A stretch of DNA of 64,000 nucleotides from Eledone cirrhosa (Eukaryota), in contig OZ024745.1 in the NCBI GenBank assembly GCA_964016885.1, positions 62,310,001 through 62,374,000 on the forward strand, given 5' to 3'. Within the stretch, counting starts at the first letter, position 1; the number at the start of each line of letters is the position of its first letter. The notes beneath the pieces were generated by a model that ran no database searches, had not been told where the DNA came from, and saw only the letters and a list, made by a program, of their open reading frames with translations. This document shows, piece by piece, positions 55,598-64,000 of this stretch. Both the position numbers and the translations under genes were made by a program.

Positions 55598-56519
55598 TGT
55601 GAACCAATTACGTAGTTTTATACATGTCTCCACCCTCTTAGCCTCATTGGCACTCCATCTCACATGATGGTATTGCCTTGACATCGCCGGCAAAACCTTA
55701 TCGTAATTTTAATCTTCATTTATGTGTTGATGTATGCATGAATTTCCTCACCAATATCTGTGTAACGCGATAACGAATATTTTATCAAATTACTGTTATT
55801 CACACTTTAGAAATTATTTGGGGTTGCATCTTTTGGTCCCTATTCTGTTCCAATCATTGCAGCCCTTTTCTATTGTATGGCCCTTTGGGAATAAGCAGGA
55901 TTACCAGAACAAATGCAGAAATACTCTGGGAATTTCGTCCAATATCCATTCCGAAATGATAAAAGTTGATGATGTCAATGACGTATTTTATCTGTAATAA
56001 AAGAAGGTGGAACAAAGAAAGCAAATAATTTATTTTTATACTCTAAAGATTCTGCTACCGCATCGCCCTGTAATTACACATAATATCACTAGCTTGCATC
56101 ATAATCGGATGATGTAGCTGGGCCAACTAAATATGTATAGCGCTTTTGCAGAATTCTAAAGTAAATTTTACAGTTCGGCCTTCTGTTGTTTTTTTAATGA
56201 ATACTTTACTCCGTTCCTGCAGAAAACATCGGATAACACATTTACGATGGATGACTTGCATAGCATTGAGTGCTTTGATTCATTTGTTCCATCATGATTT
56301 ACCAACCAGAACCACTGGTAAACAGCCTAACGTAAATACATAAATGATAATATATGTATATATATATATATTTATACTTTGGGAGGGCCATGTTGCCAAT
56401 AAGAAACACACGCACCAGTTGCTTTCACTTCAATTTATTATAATAAATTTATAAATTTAGGAATTTAGGAATTTCCGGTTGGTTGGTTGGTTCCACAATC
56501 AGATGATTGTTTATATATT

Positions 56520-56562
56520 GCCAAAGTTATTTCGTCACACAATCTGTGACCTCTTCAGTGAC
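56520..56562 (-). ncRNA. Hammerhead-like motif
   Basis: Minus strand GTCA-CTGAAGA-G-GTCACA GATTG TGTGAC-GAAA-TAAC-TT-TGGC. Helix II 6 bp, helix I 4 bp with a G-U pair, helix III unpaired. Confidence 0.55.
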
Positions 56563-56730
56563 TGGGGATTCTTTTCTTTGTTTTTGTGCCTCTCCTTTGT
56601 TCTGTCCTACGCCATCTTGTGTTTGTGTGTGTTCAAAGTACAACAATATCGGTTTCAACACACGTTTTCAGATAAAGAATCTTGCTAAACAAATCCAGAA
56701 ACGATATGTATATATATATATATATATATA

Positions 56731-57083
56731 CATACTCGTCTTTTTCTATTTCTTTGAGGGGTCTAAACCTCACTATCAGGCTAAAAGTTCTTTAGTAAAA
56801 GGTACGTCAAAAGCTTCTATTTCTAATTTCAAACTCACTCGCTGTTTCAAAAACATACTTACACTTGAGATGTCAACATTAATGGACCTATATATTTTAA
56901 TCTAAATACATTTTTTTCCAGTTCCATCCCGCTCATCCCCTTAATCTATTTTATTTCTCATTCTTTCTTCTGGTGAAGGACTAGCGTCCGAAACGTTAAG
57001 ACCTTCCTGCTATATCAAGCGTTAACCTAATATATACCTTCCATATACTGTACCGATTGTGTTGTTATTTCTCCTTACCTTTT
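56731..57083 (+). mobile_element. Penelope-like 3' end cassette with a minimal hammerhead-like motif (56965-57001)
   Basis: TCTT-CTGGTGAA-GGAC TAGC GTCC-GAAACGTT-AAGA; bounded by (TA)n and (CA)n/(TA)n. Confidence 0.6.
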
Positions 57084-57147
<64 letters not shown>

Positions 57148-57148
57148 C

Positions 57149-57726
57149 GAAAAATAACAGAGAGGACACATCGAACGAAAAAAATTGTTAAAGGGGAAAC
57201 CTTATAAAAAGTATATTATAAAAATTAAAATGCAAACGAAGGACACAGAACCCCTCGGCCATCAGTCGATTGGGTGGATCTTGACAGTTTCGACCGCTAG
57301 CAAAGATGCTGCTTCTCGCCCCACGGTCACAGCGTCTGGGACAATCCAAACGTTTTCCAGTGGAGTAAGAAACGAGAGGCAAACAAATAATTTATAGCAA
57401 TTAAACTTCAACAAATACACATAGAATTTTATGTGAAGTCAGATAAAAAGTGACATGCTTCTTATAGCATGAAAGTCATAAATGAAACAAAGACAACACG
57501 AAAAAAGAAAGGAAGAAATAAAGGATAACAAAAAAGTAAGATATCATGTTAAAGATGTGTTGGCCATTGAAAGAAATGGGGGAGGAAATGGATACAACGC
57601 CCGTCACATTAGTATTGATAAACTTAAGAAAAATAACAGAGAGGACAAGACGACGAATGAAAAACAATTTTTAGATGGGAAACCTTAAAAAAATTATTTT
57701 TTTAAAATAAAAATAGAAACGAAGGA
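57149..57726 (-). mobile_element. pLTR-like cassette with about 95-bp direct repeats and a decayed hammerhead-like motif
   Basis: 57149-57243 resembles 57628-57726 (GAAAAATAACAGAGAGGACA...GGGAAACCTTA...AAACGAAGGA). Minus strand GACCG...CGGTC-GAAACTGTC at 57283-57328. Confidence 0.5.
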
Positions 57727-57924
57727 AAACCTAGGAAAAACTAGGCAACATTTTTTGAAGTTCTCTCTTTCTCTCTCTCACCCTCAATCCCACTCACTGT
57801 CTCTCTCCCTCTATCTATCTATCTATCTATATATAATTCTGTCTACAAATCCATTTATGTATGTATGTTTGTATGCATGCATTCATGCATGCTTTAAACA
57901 AAGAAAACTGTTAAGGGTTGTAAT

Positions 57925-58110
57925 TGTTTCTATTTTTGGCAGAAGGCGAGCAAATACCTAGTGCATTACTGGTACTTTATTTTATCGACCCCGTAAGTAT
58001 GAAAGGCAAAGTTAACCTCGGCGGGATTTGAACTCAGAATGGCAAGGGCCGTAACTCTATGCGTCAAAGCTTGGCGTCCGACCCTCTATCGATACTGCCA
58101 ATATACCGCC
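57925..58110 (-). mobile_element. Full-length tRNA-derived SINE with 14-bp TSD
   Basis: Family match. TSD TTAAGGGTTGTAAT (57911) / TTAAGGGTTATAAT (58111). Confidence 0.93.
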
Positions 58111-58830
58111 TTAAGGGTTATAATGAATGTTAGGAAGCTGTGGCATTAGGGTTTTGTTACTACAGATAGTTTTAAAACTTCAGTTCTGTTACAAGAACGC
58201 CAGAAATTGTCACAATTACATCAGTACCACTATTAGATCTAATATTTCAACAGCCTCATCGACTATGATAGCAACAATATTATTAATTTCTCCCACACCA
58301 AAGAATGCCAGTAGCAGTTTTATCTATATTCAACTGGACAAGGTGTGCTGCGTATATAATACAAACAACGTATTTAACATTCAGACAATTCTTATCAGAA
58401 TTTTTGAAAAATATTTGTACTAACAAAAGTTTCAACTTAATGTATTTATCAAACAAATTTAGTCTCTGAAATGTATAGCTTCAAGGAACATTTACCAAGT
58501 ATACTCCTGCGGCATTCTATTGAGGAATTGCAACTCAATGAAAATAAGTGCAAATATCAAGTGCAGATAAAAGTGCCTGCAGATAATATCTACGCAACAC
58601 AACAAGTAATTATATGGAGTATGTTTAATTACACACGATTACGGAAATAAGTCTTTTTCTGATATGTTTTTCAGTTGCTATATAATTTTCCTTGTAAAAT
58701 TGAAGATTATTATCTCTGCAAAGTAAATATTCCTTTTCTAACACGGGTGATAATACATGTTTAATTATTTGCTAATTACTATTGATTATATATATATATA
58801 TATATATAGATATTATTATTATTATTGTTA

Positions 58831-58943
58831 TCTGAGTTCAAATCCCGCCGAGGTTGACTTTGCATTTCATCCTTACGGGGTCGATAAAATAAAGTACCAG
58901 TAATGCACTGGGTAATTGCTGGCCTTGTGCCTAAAGTAGAAAC
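58831..58943 (+). mobile_element. 5'-truncated tRNA-derived SINE with (ATT)n tail
   Basis: Starts at the B-box TCTGAGTTCAAATCCC and ends GTAGAAAC followed by (ATT)n. Confidence 0.9.
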
Positions 58944-59139
58944 AATTATTATTATTATTATTAATATATATATATAATAAAACACGAGCGCGCACAGCTG
59001 ATAACCATATATAGCTATGCGTACGCTCACATTATGATCCCAGATCCGTGAAACGATTATTAATGAAAAAGTGTATATTTATATATCGGCCTAATTCGAA
59101 CCTGATTAAATTATTCAATTCGATAACCTCCGTTCCATG

Positions 59140-59186
<47 letters not shown>

Positions 59187-59353
59187 TTGTGTATAGTGGT
59201 AGTTATGGTTCTTCCGTAGGCGGTTGCCAAAATTAGCACACGATATTCATACAAGGACCATGACTCGAGCTACATGCCGGCGAAACATTTCTAACACGAA
59301 ATAAACTCAAAATAAAGTCCAGATGCATCACTGATTTTTCGTTTTTTTTTATA

Positions 59354-59599
<246 letters not shown>

Positions 59600-59802
59600 T
59601 TAATTATACTATTTATGGTTATGTAAATACAAAAACCCTTTGCAGTATTATATATTTTTATACAAACCCTAAATAGTGGGAGGCAGTAATATATTACTAC
59701 CTTATTACCAGTAAGTTAAGTAGCTCAATGTAAAAACATCAGATGATTTACAGAGCAGTTATATGAAATATAAGAATCAAAGAACTGTTCAAAACATTGT
59801 TA

Positions 59803-59849
59803 TGCTTACAACTGTTTCCTCCAAACCGAGGTTTGGATTCTTCGGAGCA
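59803..59849 (-). ncRNA. Variant hammerhead ribozyme candidate (CCGAAGA core)
   Basis: Minus strand TGCT-CCGAAGA-A TCCAAAC CTCG GTTTGGA G-GAAAC AGTT GTA-AGCA. Helix I 4 bp, helix II 7 bp, GUA triplet. Confidence 0.6.
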
Positions 59850-59855
59850 ATTTAT

Positions 59856-60022
<167 letters not shown>

Positions 60023-60312
60023 TGCACACCCTGTTAACAGTATTGCAATTGCTTATCAGATTATAGAGTTTGGTGCACCTTTAGGCTACGGCCAGTCATA
60101 CCAAAGTGTAACAGGCAATGCCTGGGCTTGGAAGCATTTTTAAGTGGGGAAAGGCCTCTGAGCATCGAAAACACTACCCGAAAAGGAGAACTGGTCAACA
60201 TCATCGGATGCTTCCGAAGCTGCAGGTTTTTATTTTAGAATTTCCCTCTGATAGAAAGGTGTTGTGACAAGAACTGGGGTCCTTTTGCTCCCATATATAT
60301 ATATATATATAT

Positions 60313-60422
<110 letters not shown>

Positions 60423-61032
60423 GAATAAATAGCAATTTTCCTTAAATATCCTCGGATATTCTAATTTTGAAATTCAGTTACCCTAACGGAAATTATTTTC
60501 ATAATAAATAATTACTTTAAAAGAGGTTGGATGAAGTTGCATTGTAACTTGATCAACTATATCAAAAATTTCTAAACATCAATCGGACGAGGAGCATGCT
60601 CCATTATGGTTATGGGAGATGTGTAGATGCACGCGAGGAGTCGGAAAACTTAATAGTCGCTGCACAAGCTTCGTTGTGGTGGTGTATGTGTAATGAATAT
60701 TATAGCAACATTTGATGTCAACCATCACCGGATATGCTTGGTAGCCTTAGGATCTTCAAAAACGCATGAGATGAACATCCTTACATGCCAACTGTATGAT
60801 GTAGATTATATGCGCACAAGCATGATACCTGTAATAGCTTTACTTACCGTTATGGATGAAGCTACATCAACAAATAGATGTGTACGCATATCGTATATGT
60901 GTATGTATGAATTATATGTACACTCTCACACATACACAGCCGTAGAGCCTCCTTTCGGTTTTATTGAGCTAGGTAACTGATCCGTTCTTCTACAAGTTTA
61001 GTAACGGAACGTTTATTTATTGTAAAAATGTT

Positions 61033-61151
<119 letters not shown>

Positions 61152-63212
61152 TCTATCTATATATTTCTATCTCTGTATATATATATGTTTGTACTTGTTT
61201 AAATATGTACATATATTTCCAATTCCGTCAATCTTCGTGGATATGGAAACATTTAGTACATGAATGTAATATAATAGTTGAAATCTATTTTTCTTGCGCA
61301 TTATAAATTAGTGTTTTAAACAAACAATCATATGGTGGACACCACCACCACCCCTTCAAACACACAATCGCACATTCACTGTCTTATTAGCTCTCACATA
61401 ATCTGCTAAATTAACATCTTGTTGATAGAGAATACATATTTCATGTTTGTGCTTATCGATCAGACAAGATTTATTAAGCAATATCTGGAGTACATTCTAT
61501 GCAGTATCATTCTATAAATGAATATTTCTGTATGTCAAATGTTCTATTTTCTAATTGCGAGAATGGCATGGGACGTTTCTTCTATGAGAAATATGAATGA
61601 TTTTAAGAGTTAAGTAATGTTCTCTCCGCAACAAGAGGGAGATTGTATTGTTTGATAGACCTGAAGAGCAGAGGCGTGAGATGGCAAAATGCCACAATTT
61701 CATCTTTAGCAGAACAGCACTGGCGCCTGCTGTTCAATTCAAATCACATGTAAAGTCGGAGAAGGAAATGCTGACTACAATCACCATTATATTTCTTAAA
61801 ATCTTGGTGAAAATATCGAGAATCACCCGACTCAATACGCTTACCCAATGCATGCGACTATAACTGGAGATATTTGTGAGTTGTTCCGTACTATTGTGCT
61901 CTTGACGATCGGTGTTCTTAAATTATGCCTGAGTCTTGCTCCCTTTATTAAAGAATTGTGTTATCGATATATTCACTTCGTGTTTCTGTCATAGTGGTCA
62001 GTAACAAACAGGAATAGCAGTATCAGACAACTGTCTTTGCCACATATAATTATGTCCTGTTACATTCTGTATTCAAATACCTCCGTGGTTAGCTATGCGA
62101 TTCATACTTATGGGAGTATGTTTGACCCCCCCCCCCCAAAAAAAAATATATATATATTTGAGAATATTATTTCAGATATTGTATCACATAGAGAATAGAG
62201 AAGCTGATATAAAAGATCCATGCACAATAGTATCATCTTTCTTCACCATCAAAACTTTAAAGCTTATTACCATATTTTTTTCCTGTAACCAACATTAAGT
62301 CGTTTAATAACATTTCTCTTCTGCCTATATTACTACTACGAAATTTCAAACGCAAAAACATGCTCAGTAGTTACAAATCTTATCTGTGATTGCTAATATA
62401 CATAAATCATTTGTTTTCTCTTTGTCTAGAGAATTTCTACCGAATATAGAAATCGTTTGTGTTTTTTTCTCCTTTATGTATTACCTGACAATATATTTTT
62501 TTCAAGTTGATATCTCCTCAAGAGTCTTATATTCCATAAGTCTTTGAAACACCATCTTTTTTTCCTTTGAGAAATACAATTTCCTTCATGTCTTCACGTA
62601 TCCTTTATAATATTATTTTGATTTTTAATTTTATTTTTGCTTGTCCTTATTGAATGTTTGTCTTTTTTTTAATAACCTGTCATATTATGGTATGTTATAC
62701 TCCATATTCTTGCTTTAAACCGGCAATAAAATACCGGGTGAACTGACACCTTTTTTTATTTTTCTTGAACTTTAAATCGAGCAAATGTTATTTGAGAGAT
62801 AGAGTTAAGTGTAATGCAGGAAGAACCATGGATCTTTACTTTAGTAGAGTAGCCTCTGTAATCGTAATTAAAATTAGAAGTGTTAGCAAGTAGCAATAAT
62901 TTAACAAGTGGTACTTCACGTGGAACTAGAATTTTATTTCCGTCATTTAATGACACAACTATTGCTTATCAATTTACCTTGAAAAAAAGGAAGATATAGC
63001 TGCCAAGTATATTTCAAGAAATTAATTAAAATTATTTTAATAGAAAAAGGTGTGAAGTACTGCTGAGTTAATGAGATTGATCGACATGTGTAAGACGCAA
63101 TTAATAGGTTTCTGATCTTCATCCGCAATATACATTTTTTTTTTTTTGGCTTATTTCATCATTAATTAATTAAAACTATACATATTTAAAGTACTCACAG
63201 ATATATACACAT

Positions 63213-63277
<65 letters not shown>

Positions 63278-63410
63278 GGTGTGTTATTGTGCGTCTGTGT
63301 CTGTATGTTAGAGTGTATATAAATGCATCTTTGTGAATTTGTGGGCGCGTCTGCTTGAGTGTGTGCAAGTGTCTTTCAGTGAGAAAGCGTATATATATAT
63401 ATATATATAT

Positions 63411-63616
63411 ACACTTCCTCGTGCTCTCGACTCTCGAATTCGGTCTCACTTCCGAGTGTCGGGCCTCGTACCTACATGTTCTCTCCTTCTCCAAACTTTC
63501 CTGGCGAAGGATTTCAGTTCGAAACGTTGAACCATCCTCCAATTCCTCTATGCGTGTCTCTAATTAGACTTTGAACTTTTGCATTCCTGTATTTGTTTTG
63601 TTTTATTTGTTCAACT
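63411..63616 (+). mobile_element. Penelope-like 3' end cassette with a minimal hammerhead-like motif (63497-63531)
   Basis: TTTC-CTGGCGAA-GGA TTTCAG TTC-GAAACGTT-GAA; same architecture as 56965; lies between (TA)n and (CA)n. Confidence 0.55.
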
Positions 63617-63665
63617 ACACACACACACAGACACACACATACACATACACACAGACATATATATA

Positions 63666-63715
<50 letters not shown>

Positions 63716-64000
63716 CACATATACACACATACACAAATACACACATATAAATATGGTATGATGCGATGATACTATGGAAGACGTTTGTTTTGCAGCGTTT
63801 GGTTAATATAATCCAATATATTTGAATAATCTGTCTCACCACTTTGCACATGAAATCAGATTGATGTTATATGGCCCAGACACGAAATGTACTCAAATAA
63901 TACTACATGTTCTCTATAATAGTGATGACTAAAGTAGAATATAAACTACGTATGTCTACCACGATATAATGTTTACATAAAAATTCTATAAAAAAATTCT

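Noticed and set aside
62730-63130. Possible Tc1-like relic (TACCGGGTG end, DYRGY..KV fragment)
   Set aside because: Similarity too weak and no matching second TIR found

Overview
AT-rich, repeat-dense eukaryotic (metazoan) intergenic or intronic DNA. The abundant (TA)n/(CA)n/(TACA)n microsatellites and the tRNA-derived SINE family suggest a cephalopod (Octopus-like) genome; this is an inference. No host protein-coding exon could be supported, and most listed ORFs are microsatellite read-throughs or antisense shadows. Recognisable content: two full-length L1/Tx1-clade LINEs (a decayed + copy at 31.2-36.5 kb and a near-intact - copy at 49.7-55.5 kb), at least 6 SINE copies, three mariner relics, plus Tc1/maT, piggyBac, Vingi, R4/Dong-like, CR1-like, CRE-like and Penelope GIY-YIG remnants. 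The most interesting signal is a set of about a dozen hammerhead-ribozyme-like motifs (CUGANGA...GAAA...UH), mostly in short cassettes embedded in or beside (TA)n tracts. One lies inside a 555-bp palindrome and one lies downstream of a CRE-like ORF end. Three long fold-back palindromes each start exactly at a (TA)n edge. All alignments, folds and translations were done by eye; no searches were run.
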